The notes beneath the pieces are model-generated. The model searched no databases. It saw only the letters and a list, made by a program, of their open reading frames with translations, and was not told the origin of the DNA. From Chloroflexota bacterium (GTDB lineage Bacteria > Chloroflexota > Limnocylindria > Limnocylindrales > CSP1-4): a stretch of DNA of 64,000 nt. Location: contig JAKAJU010000189.1 in assembly GCA_021813655.1 (NCBI GenBank), positions 2,229-66,228 on the forward strand, read 5' to 3'. Made by a program: the position numbers and the translations under genes. Shown here piece after piece: positions 45,612 through 54,797 of this stretch; within the stretch, counting starts at the first letter, position 1; each line of letters begins with the position of its first letter.

Positions 45612-46793
45612 GTGAGCGCCGCGCCGTCCTCCGGCAGGGCCCTGGCCGGTTCCATGCGACCCCTCGCGTCGGCGCGCGCCTGGCTCCGCGGTGACGAGGC
45701 GCGCGACGCGGCGCTGCCCGCCGTCCTCTTCGTCGCGGGAATCCACCTGTTCGCGGTTGTGGCCGCCGCCGTGGCGACGCCGCCGGCCGGCGTCGACCTC
45801 CGAGCGGTCTGGACCCACTGGGACGTCGGGCAGTACCTCGGGATCGTCGCCGACGGGTACAGCGCGACGACCTCGCCTGAACGGATCGTCTTCTTCCCGC
45901 TCTATCCCGCGTTGATCCGCCTGGGGTCCGCCCTCGCGGACCCACTCCTCGTCGCGAGCGCCATCTCGGCCGTCGCCACGGTCGCCGGCGCCGTCGGCCT
46001 GTACCGGCTGGCCCGCATGGATGCTTCCCGGTCGGTCGCCCGCTGGTCGGTCGTCTTCCTCCTCGCCTACCCGGCCTCGTTCAGCCTCGTCGCGCCGTAC
46101 ACCGAGGCGCTCTTCCTCGCGGCCGCCACGTGGTCGCTCGTCCTCGCCCGTCGCTCGGCCATGGCCCGCGCCGGCGTCGCCGGCTTCCTCGCCGCCCTTA
46201 CGCGGCTGCAGGGGATCCTGCTGGTCCCATCCCTCGTGTTCGAAGCGTGGCGCGGCAGGCGCTCGGGGCGCTCCGGGCGCTCCGGGCGGGCGATCCGCCC
46301 CCTCCTCTGGGCGCTCCTCCCGGTCGCGGCCTTCGGGCTCTACCTCGGGGTCAACGTCGCCGTGTTCGGCGATCCGCTCGCGTTCCTCCGGATGCAGCGC
46401 GAGTACTGGTTCCACGAGAACGCGATGCCCTGGGTCGTGGTGGGCGGTCTCGTGAACGGCGTCGTCGCTGGCCCGCGGAACGAGGAATGGGCGACCGTCT
46501 TCGTCGCGCCCCTCCTCGCGTTCGGGCTCCTCGCGGTCGCAGCGGTCTGGTCGGTGGTGTCGCGCCGGTCGAGGGCCTCCTACGCCGCGTACACCATCCT
46601 CACCCTCGTGACCCTGCTGACCCTGACGTGGCCGATCAGCGTCCCGCGGTACGTCATCGGCGTCGTACCGGTCTTCCTGATGCTCGGCGGGCTCGCGCGA
46701 TGGCCGGTCGTGGCGGCCGTCCTCGCGCTCGTCTCGGCCGCTTGCATGCTCGCGCTCACGGCGATCTTCGTCACCGGCGGCTGGGCGTTCTAG
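45612..46793 (+). CDS. Polytopic membrane protein, PIG-V (GT76)-like putative mannosyltransferase
   Basis: The ...WTHWDVGQYLGIVADGYSATTSPERIVFFPLYP... motif resembles the WD..HF..IA..GY...AFFPLYP signature of the GPI mannosyltransferase-2 family. A 9-bp tandem repeat (SGRSGRSGR) lies in a loop. Confidence 0.5.
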   Translation: MSAAPSSGRALAGSMRPLASARAWLRGDEARDAALPAVLFVAGIHLFAVVAAAVATPPAGVDLRAVWTHWDVGQYLGIVADGYSATTSPERIVFFPLYPALIRLGSALADPLLVASAISAVATVAGAVGLYRLARMDASRSVARWSVVFLLAYPASFSLVAPYTEALFLAAATWSLVLARRSAMARAGVAGFLAALTRLQGILLVPSLVFEAWRGRRSGRSGRSGRAIRPLLWALLPVAAFGLYLGVNVAVFGDPLAFLRMQREYWFHENAMPWVVVGGLVNGVVAGPRNEEWATVFVAPLLAFGLLAVAAVWSVVSRRSRASYAAYTILTLVTLLTLTWPISVPRYVIGVVPVFLMLGGLARWPVVAAVLALVSAACMLALTAIFVTGGWAF

Positions 46794-46820
46794 GAGAGCG
46801 GCACCGGCCGCCGCCGATCC

Positions 46821-48035
46821 TCAGAAGTCGACGTACCCCGCGCCGATTGCCCACGCCCCGTAGGTGCACGCCGCGATCGAGAGGACCGCCGCGACGACGG
46901 CCAGCCGCGGCATCCCGCGCTCGAAGACGGTGGCGAGGACGACGAAGAGGAGCGGCTGGAGATCGAGGCTGAAGCGGTACCCGAACTGCGTGAAGCCCAC
47001 GTTGCCGTGCGTCACGAGCGGGATGAGGGCCAGTCCCACGCCGACGGCCGACCAGGCGACCCGCGGATCGCGCCACCGCGCCTTCAGGAGCCACAGGAAG
47101 AGCGGCGTGGTGAGAGGCACCGCGAGACCCCACCACGACGGCGTGATCCACGGGAAGTCGTCGCCGTACTTCCACGACTGGAAGAGGATCGCGTACACAT
47201 GGCGCGGGATGTACGCGATCGAGAAGATCCCCTGCTGGTAGTAGGGCTCCTGCAGGACACCCGGGATGAGGCTGTAGCCGAGCTCGAACGGGCTCCCGAA
47301 GCGCGCCACGTCGTACAGGGCGAGGACGACCAGCGGGACCGCGAGGCCGGCGCCGAAGAGGATGGCCGATCGAAGAGCGGCCGGACGGTCGGCCGGCAGG
47401 CGGGGAGGCCAGCCGAGCCCCACCAGGAGCGCCGCGTAGGCGGGCGCCGTGAGGACGACCGGAAGGCGCGAGAGCACGGCGAGCCCGAGGAGGACGCCGA
47501 CCGCGAGGGGCAGTCGCCGCTCGAGCGCGAGGAGGAGCGCGGCAGTCGCGAACACGACCGCGACGACGTGGCTGAGGTACCACGTGTTGCCCGCCTCCGC
47601 CGTGTAGAAGAAGCACGTCCCGAACGCGAAGACCAGGGCGAGGAGGACCCGGACCCGCTCCTCGAGCGCGAACCGGCAGAGGACGAGGTAGGTGAGGCCC
47701 ACCCCGATCCCGCCGAAGATCGCGCTCGCGATCTGCTCATGCAGGTCGGGGCCGAGGAGGGCGACGAACGGGATGAGCATGACCGCCGGCATCGGCGGGT
47801 ACGCGACGTACCAGACGCCGTCGCGCGGGATCAGCTCGGTGAGCCAGGACGGCGCCTCGGTGAGGTACAGGCGCCCGTGCATCATCGCGTCCGCGAGCCG
47901 GACGAAGTAGTCGAGGTTCTCCCTGTCCCGCGACGAGGCGTAGAGGTAGACGGCCGCCGCGAGCGCACCGAGCCCGGCCGCGATCGCGACGTTCCGCGAC
48001 GGACGCCAGCGGGCGCCGGCGACTGCGGCCGTCAT
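46821..48035 (-). CDS. Polytopic membrane protein, putative GT-C glycosyltransferase (paralogue of 18858..20102)
   Basis: Shares the ...ARFGSPFELGYSL... and ...FTQFGYRFSLDLQPLLFVVLA... segments with the gene at 18858. Start assigned at M17 (48035). Confidence 0.55.
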   Translation of the reverse strand: MTAAVAGARWRPSRNVAIAAGLGALAAAVYLYASSRDRENLDYFVRLADAMMHGRLYLTEAPSWLTELIPRDGVWYVAYPPMPAVMLIPFVALLGPDLHEQIASAIFGGIGVGLTYLVLCRFALEERVRVLLALVFAFGTCFFYTAEAGNTWYLSHVVAVVFATAALLLALERRLPLAVGVLLGLAVLSRLPVVLTAPAYAALLVGLGWPPRLPADRPAALRSAILFGAGLAVPLVVLALYDVARFGSPFELGYSLIPGVLQEPYYQQGIFSIAYIPRHVYAILFQSWKYGDDFPWITPSWWGLAVPLTTPLFLWLLKARWRDPRVAWSAVGVGLALIPLVTHGNVGFTQFGYRFSLDLQPLLFVVLATVFERGMPRLAVVAAVLSIAACTYGAWAIGAGYVDF

Positions 48036-48088
48036 GCGGCGCGTACCTGTCTCGTCCCGGGCATCGCGCGCCCGACGATACACTCGCC

Positions 48089-49390
48089 GTGGGCATGCCG
48101 GAGAGTCCGTCGATCGTCGCTCCCGACGGCGCGCGGCCCCGGCCGCGCGCCGTGTGGTCCCGTGCGCTCGCCTCCCGGATCCCGCGCTCCTGGCGCGAGG
48201 CGATCTGGATCACGCTCATCGTCCGGATCGGGCTCCTTCTCGTGGGCGTCGTCGTCTGGCTCCAGGCCGGCGCGCCCGGCCCGTGCCACTTCGAGGTCGC
48301 GCGGAACGGCTGGGCCACGATCCCCCCGCTCGACGGCTCGGGGGCCGCATTCCCGCTCGTCGGGGTCTGGCAGCGGTGGGACGCGTGCTGGTACACGAAG
48401 ATCGCCGCGTTCGGCTACGAGCCGGGCACCGACGCGACGGCATTCTTCCCGGCCTTCCCGCTCCTCATGCGGGCCGTCGCCGCGCCGCTCGCGGGCGACG
48501 TGGCGCTCGCCGGGATGGTCCTCAACCTGGTGCTGTCCGTCGTCGGGCTCGCGGGCCTGCACCGTCTCGTGACGCGCGACCTGGGGGTCCGCGTCGCGGA
48601 CAGGACCGTCGTCTACCTCTCGGTCTTCCCGGCCGCCCTGTTCCTCTACGCGCCGTTCACCGAGGCACTCTTCCTCGCGACGACGGTCTGGGCGTTCGTC
48701 GGCGCCCGCGAGCGGCGCTGGTGGCTCGCGGCGGCGGCCGCTCTCGTCGCCGGGCTGACGCGGCCCCAGGGCGTGCTCCTCGTCCTGCCGATCGCGTGGG
48801 AGGTCGCCGTCGCGTGGCGGTCGGGCGATCTCGTTCGGCCCCGCGCCGCGCCACGAGCCCTCGCCGTCCTGGACATCGTGCGTCCGTCGATCGTCGATCG
48901 GCTCGCGCCGGTCTGCGCCATCGGCGCGCCGATCGCCGGTATCGCGATCTTCGGGTGGTACACGTCCGCCGTGGCGCGCCTCCCGTTCTTCGACGCGCAG
49001 GACGCATGGGGTGGCCGCGAGTTCCACCCGCCCTGGGAGACGCTCGGGGCGGCGATCGACTGGGTCCGGGCCGGCGGCCAGTCGGCGGGGATCGAGCTCC
49101 TGAACGTGGGGCTCCTCGTGCTCTTCGCGGTCGTCGTCGTCCTCGCCGCCCGACGGCTTCCGGTCTCGTACACGCTCTACGCGACGGCATCGCTCCTGCT
49201 CATCGCCATCCGCATCCAGCCGATCCCGCTCACCTCGACCCTGCGGTTCCTCCTCGTCCTGTTCCCCGTCTTCGCCGCTCTCGGGATCGCCGGCCGGAGC
49301 CGCCGCTTCGACCTCGCGTGGACGATCGGCTCCACGCTCCTGCTCGGGCTGGCCGCAGCGACATTCGTCCGCGGGGACTTCGTCGCATGA
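48089..49390 (+). CDS. Polytopic membrane protein, PIG-V (GT76)-like paralogue
   Basis: ...WQRWDACWYTKIAAFGYEPGTDATAFFPAFP... repeats the motif of the gene at 45612. It is transcribed divergently from the gene at 46821..48035, across a 54-bp gap. Confidence 0.5.
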   Translation: MGMPESPSIVAPDGARPRPRAVWSRALASRIPRSWREAIWITLIVRIGLLLVGVVVWLQAGAPGPCHFEVARNGWATIPPLDGSGAAFPLVGVWQRWDACWYTKIAAFGYEPGTDATAFFPAFPLLMRAVAAPLAGDVALAGMVLNLVLSVVGLAGLHRLVTRDLGVRVADRTVVYLSVFPAALFLYAPFTEALFLATTVWAFVGARERRWWLAAAAALVAGLTRPQGVLLVLPIAWEVAVAWRSGDLVRPRAAPRALAVLDIVRPSIVDRLAPVCAIGAPIAGIAIFGWYTSAVARLPFFDAQDAWGGREFHPPWETLGAAIDWVRAGGQSAGIELLNVGLLVLFAVVVVLAARRLPVSYTLYATASLLLIAIRIQPIPLTSTLRFLLVLFPVFAALGIAGRSRRFDLAWTIGSTLLLGLAAATFVRGDFVA

Positions 49391-50781
49391 GCGGGACGCC
49401 CCCGCCCACCCGGCGACCGGGCCGGGGACCCGGAGATGCGCGCGCGCCGCGGATCGGCACCCCCGGCGGCCCTGGCGCCTCTCGCGCCCCCGGCACCCCT
49501 GCGACGATCCTCCATGTGGACCTCGACGCCTTCTTCGCGGCGGTCGAGCAGCGCGACCGTCCCGAGCTGCGGGGGAAGCCCGTCATCGTCGGGGGCGGCG
49601 GCCCGGACGACCGCGGCGTCGTGAGCACCGCGAGCTACGAGGCCCGGAAGTTCGGCGTCCGCTCCGCGATGCCGCTGCGCACGGCCGGCCGGCTCTGTCC
49701 CGACGGGATCTTCCTGCCGGTGGACGGCACCAAGTACCAGGCGGAGAGCCGGCGCGTGATGACGATCCTCCGGCGCTTCACGTCGCGCGTCGAGCAGGTC
49801 TCGATCGACGAGGCGTTCCTCGACGTCGCCGGGTCGGAGGCGCTCTTCGGCCCTCCCGAGCAGATCGCCCGACGGATCAAGGCCGCCATCCACGATGAGA
49901 CCGGACTCACCGCGAGCGTGGGCGTGGGGACGTCCAAGCTGATCGCGAAGATCGGCTCCGACCTGCGCAAGCCGGACGGGCTGGTGGTGGTGCCGCCGGG
50001 GGAGGAGGCCGCCTTCCTCGCGCCCCTGCCCGTCTCGCGCCTGTGGGGCGTGGGCCCGGCCACGGCCACTGCCCTCGCCGAGCTCGGCGTCGCGACGATC
50101 GGCGATCTCGCCGTCCTGCCGCCCGACGCCCTCACCCGCCGGTTCGGGAAGCATGGGGCCGACCTCGTCGAGCGCGCCCACGGCATCGACCGCGATCCGG
50201 TCCACGAGCCCGACGCCATGAAGTCGGTCGGGCACGAGACGACATTCGACCACGACACGAGCGACCCCGAGGTGCTCGAGCGGACCCTCCTCGGCCTCTC
50301 CGATGGCGTCGCATGGCGTCTGCGCGGGATGGGGATCCGTGCCGGGACGGTCGTCGTGAAGGTCCGCGATTCGGGCTTCCGCACCGTCACCCGTCAGGCC
50401 CCTCTGCCCGAGCCGACGGACCTCGCCGAGCCGATCTACCAGGCCGCCCTCGCCCTGGCGCGACCCGAGATGCGGGGGAAGCGCATCCGACTTCTGGGTG
50501 TCACCGCGACGCACCTCGACGCGCCCGACCAGCTCGGGCTCTTCTCAGCCGACGAGGATCGACGGCACCGGGCGATGGAAGCCGCCGACGCACTCAAGCG
50601 GAAGTTCGGCGACCGGACGATCGTCCGGGCGCGCCTCCTCGACAAGGGGCTGCCGGCGCCGTTCGAGCGCGACCCGTCGTCGCCACTGGCGCGTCGCGGT
50701 GTGGACGAAGCGTCCGACGAGCCGGAGCCGGTGACACGCGAGCGCGAGCCGGACGCGGATGCAGGCACGGAGGACGTGTAG
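49387..50781 (+). CDS. dinB: DNA polymerase IV (Y-family, DinB)
   Basis: ...ILHVDLDAFFAAVEQRDRPELRGKPVIVGG...SIDEAFLDV... gives the Y-family catalytic motifs. The ATG overlaps the stop of the upstream membrane-protein gene (ATGA). Confidence 0.85.
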   Translation: MSGTPPPTRRPGRGPGDARAPRIGTPGGPGASRAPGTPATILHVDLDAFFAAVEQRDRPELRGKPVIVGGGGPDDRGVVSTASYEARKFGVRSAMPLRTAGRLCPDGIFLPVDGTKYQAESRRVMTILRRFTSRVEQVSIDEAFLDVAGSEALFGPPEQIARRIKAAIHDETGLTASVGVGTSKLIAKIGSDLRKPDGLVVVPPGEEAAFLAPLPVSRLWGVGPATATALAELGVATIGDLAVLPPDALTRRFGKHGADLVERAHGIDRDPVHEPDAMKSVGHETTFDHDTSDPEVLERTLLGLSDGVAWRLRGMGIRAGTVVVKVRDSGFRTVTRQAPLPEPTDLAEPIYQAALALARPEMRGKRIRLLGVTATHLDAPDQLGLFSADEDRRHRAMEAADALKRKFGDRTIVRARLLDKGLPAPFERDPSSPLARRGVDEASDEPEPVTREREPDADAGTEDV

Positions 50782-50796
50782 GGCGGCCCTTCCCCT

Positions 50797-50853
50797 CTTG
50801 ACATCGAACATCCGTTCGGTCTACAGTCGTCGTCGTAATCGAACGGTTGTTCA
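50797..50853 (+). promoter_or_regulatory. SOS-type promoter with two LexA (Cheo) boxes: CGAACATCCGTTCG (50805-50818) and CGAACGGTTGTTCA (50840-50853)
   Basis: TTGACA (50797-50802) and TACAGT (50822-50827) bracket the first, perfect palindrome. A second box with one mismatch lies just downstream of the -10 element. Confidence 0.55.
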
Positions 50854-50901
50854 GTCGCCGAGTGCCCCGCGCGACGCTGCAATGCCGAAAGGAGCCGACC
50901 G

Positions 50902-51177
50902 ATGGCGATGGTCCGCGTGCAGCCGATCCGCGTGGACGTGCGCACCGACTGGTTCACCGGGACTCCGCGCGAGATCGTCGTGGACGGCCTGCGGGTCCCG
51001 GTCATGAAGGTGTCGGCGGTCCGCAGGGAGGTCTCCGCGTTCCCGGTCTCGACCGGACCGCGCACCGTCTTCGAGGTCCTCACGCGCGAGGCGCGCGTGG
51101 CGCTGTCGTTCCGCCACCGCTCCCGCAAGTGGGAGATCGAGGCGTACGAGCGGGTGGGGGATCTGCGCGCCGCCTGA
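50902..51177 (+). CDS. Hypothetical 91-aa protein, predicted LexA-regulated
   Basis: ATG preceded by an AAGGAG SD 8 nt upstream. The ORF starts about 50 bp downstream of the tandem Cheo boxes. The protein (MAMVRVQPIRVDVRTDWFTGTPREIVVDGLRVPVMKV...) is not a family I recognise. Confidence 0.5.
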   Translation: MAMVRVQPIRVDVRTDWFTGTPREIVVDGLRVPVMKVSAVRREVSAFPVSTGPRTVFEVLTREARVALSFRHRSRKWEIEAYERVGDLRAA

Positions 51178-51404
51178 GCCCGGTCCATCGCCGGGCGCTG
51201 ACCGGCGGGTCCGCGCGCGTCTCGCGCGTGCGGGCGTGGCGCCCGCACCATATTTGCGGTCGCGCGCCGACGCGGCTGCACCGTGACCTTGGGAGGACGC
51301 GGCCGGTACGCGCCCTTCCAGGGTCGCCACTTTCGGGCCGAAGCGGCCCCCGGGCACGGTCCGTCGGCCGTGTCGCGGCACGCGCGTGTCGCTACGATCG
51401 GCGC

Positions 51405-52067
51405 ATGGCGGAACGGCATGGCGCGTTCGGCGACGAGACGCTCAGAGGCTTCGTCGCGCACCTCTCCTCGGCCGAGCCCATCCCGGGAGGCGGAAGCGCC
51501 GCGGCGGTGGGAGCCGCCATCGCGGCAGCGCTCGTCGCGATGGTCGCGTCGCTCTCGCGGGATCGACCCCTGTATGCGCAGTACCTCGTGTCGATCGAGC
51601 GATGCGAAGCGGAGGGCAGGCGGCTCTCCGAACGCTGCCTCTCGCTCGCGGACGAGGATTCGGCGGCGTACGGACGCTTCGCCGCCGCCATGAAGATGCC
51701 GCGGGAGACGGACGACGAGAAGGCGCGCCGCACGGCCGCTCTCGGGGAGGCCGCGACGGTGGCGGCACAGGTCCCGCTGGCGGTCGTCCTCGCCTGCCGC
51801 GAGATCGCGTCCGCCGCGGAGGAGCTCGCCGGCCGCAGCAACCGCAACGCCGCGAGCGATCTCGGCGTCGCGGCGCACTTCTCCGTCGCGGCTGCGCACT
51901 CCGCCGCCGAGAACGTGCGCGTGAACCTTCCGTCCGTCCCTGATCGGGAGCTCGCTGACGACCTGGAGTTCCGCACGACCGAGGCGCTCGCGGACGTCGA
52001 GCGCATCGCCCGCGCCGTTCGCGCGGTCGTCGCCGCCGGGAGTCTCCGCGAGCCCGTCGCGGAATGA
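51405..52067 (+). CDS. fchA: Methenyl-THF cyclohydrolase / formimino-THF cyclodeaminase (FTCD_C/FchA family)
   Basis: ...FVAHLSSAEPIPGGGSAAAVGAAIAAALVAMVASLS... is the cyclodeaminase-domain signature. Confidence 0.7.
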   Translation: MAERHGAFGDETLRGFVAHLSSAEPIPGGGSAAAVGAAIAAALVAMVASLSRDRPLYAQYLVSIERCEAEGRRLSERCLSLADEDSAAYGRFAAAMKMPRETDDEKARRTAALGEAATVAAQVPLAVVLACREIASAAEELAGRSNRNAASDLGVAAHFSVAAAHSAAENVRVNLPSVPDRELADDLEFRTTEALADVERIARAVRAVVAAGSLREPVAE

Positions 52068-52981
52068 GCCCGCGCGGGGGGCCTCGTCTTCTCGCGGGCG
52101 CGCCGATCGCCGCGGAGATCCGGGCCGGCGTGAAGGAAGCCGTCGGGGCCTACGAGCGCCGCCAGGGGTATCGCCCGTCGCTCGCCGTCGTCCTCGTCGG
52201 AAAGGACGCGCCCTCCGCCGTGTACCTCCAGCAGATCCTCCGGAGCTGCCGGAGCGTCGGGGTCCACGGGCGGATGGTCGAGGTCTCCGGCCGCGCGTCG
52301 AACGCGCACCTTCGGTCGGTGCTCGCCGACCTCAACGGGGATCCCCTCATCAACGGGATCATCGTCCAGATGCCCCTCCCTCGGCACCTCGACCTCGAGA
52401 CGGTCGCCGAGACGCTCGACCCGGCGAAGGACGTGGACTGCATCACGCCCCTGAACGCGGGGCTTCTCTCGCTCGGCAAGGAGGGCTTCCAGCCCGCGAC
52501 AGCCCGCGCGTCGGTGGAGATCCTCGTCCGCTCCGGCATCGAGCTCGAGGGCAGGCGGGTCGTGGTCGTGGGCCGATCGAACGTCGTGGGGAAGCCGGCG
52601 GCCCTCCTGCTCCTCCGCCACCACGCGACGGTCTCGATCGCGCACTCGAGGACCGCCGACCTGCGGGGTCTCCTTCGATCCGCCGACGTCGTGGTCGTCG
52701 CGATCGGCCGGCCCGGCTTCGTGACCGGATCGATGCTCAAGCGTGGGGCCGTGGTCGTGGACGTGGGGATCAACGTCGTGGACGGGACGATCGTCGGCGA
52801 CGTGGACCAGGCGTCGGCACGCGAGGTCGTCTCGGCGATCACCCCCGTCCCTGGCGGTGTGGGACCCGTCACGAACGCGATCCTGTTGACCCAGCTGATG
52901 ACCGCTGCCGAGCGCCAGGCGGCAGCCGAACCGCGCGGGCGGCGTGCGCTCCGGACCGGTGCGGCGCAGGCACTCCACTGA
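52064..52981 (+). CDS. folD: Bifunctional methylene-THF dehydrogenase / methenyl-THF cyclohydrolase
   Basis: ...AVYLQQILRSCRSVGV...NGIIVQMPLP...VVVVGRSNVVGKPAALLL...PVPGGVGPVT. The ATG overlaps the fchA stop (ATGA). Confidence 0.85.
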   Translation: MSPRGGPRLLAGAPIAAEIRAGVKEAVGAYERRQGYRPSLAVVLVGKDAPSAVYLQQILRSCRSVGVHGRMVEVSGRASNAHLRSVLADLNGDPLINGIIVQMPLPRHLDLETVAETLDPAKDVDCITPLNAGLLSLGKEGFQPATARASVEILVRSGIELEGRRVVVVGRSNVVGKPAALLLLRHHATVSIAHSRTADLRGLLRSADVVVVAIGRPGFVTGSMLKRGAVVVDVGINVVDGTIVGDVDQASAREVVSAITPVPGGVGPVTNAILLTQLMTAAERQAAAEPRGRRALRTGAAQALH

Positions 52982-53078
52982 CATCTCTCGATCCGGGCCC
53001 GCGGACGGCGGAGATGCGGTCCGGGCCCCGGAGATACGCGCCCGGCCCGTCCGGCCGCCAACCGTCCTGGAGGACCCG

Positions 53079-54785
53079 ATGAGCTTCCCCTCCGATCTCG
53101 AGATCGCGCGTTCGGTCACGCCCCTGCCCATCGTCGACATCGCCCACGACCTCGGGCTCCGCGACGACGAGATCGAGCTGTACGGCTCGACGAAGGCGAA
53201 GGTGACACTCGAGGGCCTCCACCGCGTGGAGGCCGAGGGCCATCGCGGGAAGTACGTGGTCGTGACGGCGATCACACCGACACCCCTCGGCGAGGGGAAG
53301 TCCACGACGACCGTCGGGCTCGCGCAGGGCCTCAACCGGATCGGGCATCGCGCGGCGGTCACGATGCGCCAGCCGTCGCTCGGTCCGGTCTTCGGGATCA
53401 AGGGCGGCGCCGCGGGCGGCGGCTACAGCCAGATCATCCCGATGGAGGACTTCAACCTCCACCTCACGGGCGACGTCCATGCGATCGGCGCGGCGCACAA
53501 CCTCGCGTCGGCCTTCCTCGACAACAGCCTCCACCACGGCAACCCTCTCGGGATCGACGTCCACGGCATCCTCTGGCCGCACGTCGTGGACATCAGCGAT
53601 CGCGCCCTCCGCCATGCCGTCATCGGCCTGGGGGGTCGCGAGGACGGGATCCCGCGCGAGACCGAGTGGTTCATCACGGTCGCGTCCGAGGTCATGGCGA
53701 TCCTCGCGCTCGCCAGTGACCTGCGGGACCTCCGCGAACGGCTGGGGCGCGTTGTCCTCGCGCGGACGCGGGACGGGGGGCCGGTCACCGCCGAGGACCT
53801 GAAGGTCGCCGGCGCGATGACGGTCCTTCTCAAGGACGCGATCAAGCCGAACCTCCTGCAGACGCTCGAGGGCGGCCCCGCGTTCGTGCACTGCGGACCG
53901 TTCGCGAACATCGCGCACGGGAACAACAGCATCCTCGCGGACCGCGTCGCCCTTGCCACGAACGAGATCGTCTGCACCGAGGCTGGCTTCGGCGCGGACA
54001 TGGGCGCCGAGAAGTTCTTCGACATCAAGTGCCGCGCGTCGGGGCTCCGGCCGGATGCCGCTGTCATCGTCGCTACCGTCCGCGCGTTGAAGATGCACGG
54101 CGGGGTGGGCCGGATCGTCGCCGGCAAGCCGCTCGACCCCGCGCTCACACAGGAGAACGTCGAGGCGGTCCGGAAGGGCGCCGAGAACCTCGCGGCGCAC
54201 GTGGAGATCGTCCGCAGGTACGGCGTCCCTGTGGTCGTCGCGATCAACGCGTTTCCCACGGACACCGATGCGGAGTACGCGGCGATCCGCGACGTCGCGC
54301 TCGCCGCCGGAGCCCACGACGCCGTGGTCACGCGCAACTTCGCGGAGGGCGGCAAGGGCGCCGAGGATCTCGCCCATGCGGTCTGGTCGGCCGCCGAGGA
54401 GGGTGCCCCGGGCTTCCACTTCCTCTATCCCGACGAGATGCCGCTCCGCGAGAAGATCGAGACCATCGCCCGCGAGATCTACGGGGCAGCCGGGGTGGAC
54501 TTCGCACCGGGGGCGTCGAAGAGGATCGCCGACTACGAGGCGCTCGGCTACGGATCGCTCCCGGTCTGCATGGCCAAGACCCACCTCTCGCTGTCGCACG
54601 AGCCGTCGCTCAAGGGGCGCCCGACCGGGTTCCGTTTCCCGGTGCGCGACGTGCGCCTCTCTGCGGGAGCAGGGTTCGTCTACCCGCTCGCCGGCGACAT
54701 GCGGACGATGCCCGGGCTCCCGTCGAAGCCCGCGGGGAACGACATCGACATCGACGCGAACGGTGAGATCGTCGGGTTGTTCTAG
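53079..54785 (+). CDS. fhs: Formate--tetrahydrofolate ligase
   Basis: ...VTAITPTPLGEGKSTTTVGL...FDIKCR...LPVCMAKTHLSLS... Confidence 0.9.
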   Translation: MSFPSDLEIARSVTPLPIVDIAHDLGLRDDEIELYGSTKAKVTLEGLHRVEAEGHRGKYVVVTAITPTPLGEGKSTTTVGLAQGLNRIGHRAAVTMRQPSLGPVFGIKGGAAGGGYSQIIPMEDFNLHLTGDVHAIGAAHNLASAFLDNSLHHGNPLGIDVHGILWPHVVDISDRALRHAVIGLGGREDGIPRETEWFITVASEVMAILALASDLRDLRERLGRVVLARTRDGGPVTAEDLKVAGAMTVLLKDAIKPNLLQTLEGGPAFVHCGPFANIAHGNNSILADRVALATNEIVCTEAGFGADMGAEKFFDIKCRASGLRPDAAVIVATVRALKMHGGVGRIVAGKPLDPALTQENVEAVRKGAENLAAHVEIVRRYGVPVVVAINAFPTDTDAEYAAIRDVALAAGAHDAVVTRNFAEGGKGAEDLAHAVWSAAEEGAPGFHFLYPDEMPLREKIETIAREIYGAAGVDFAPGASKRIADYEALGYGSLPVCMAKTHLSLSHEPSLKGRPTGFRFPVRDVRLSAGAGFVYPLAGDMRTMPGLPSKPAGNDIDIDANGEIVGLF

Positions 54786-54797
54786 CCAGAGGCGCGA

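Noticed and set aside
51178-51404. ZTP (pfl) riboswitch upstream of fchA-folD-fhs
   Set aside because: The expected conserved 5' UGACUGGCG and 3' CCGACCGCCUGGGCA elements are absent. Only loose resemblances (GACCGGCG, CCGACGCGGCUG) are present. Retained only as a low-interest leader-region finding.
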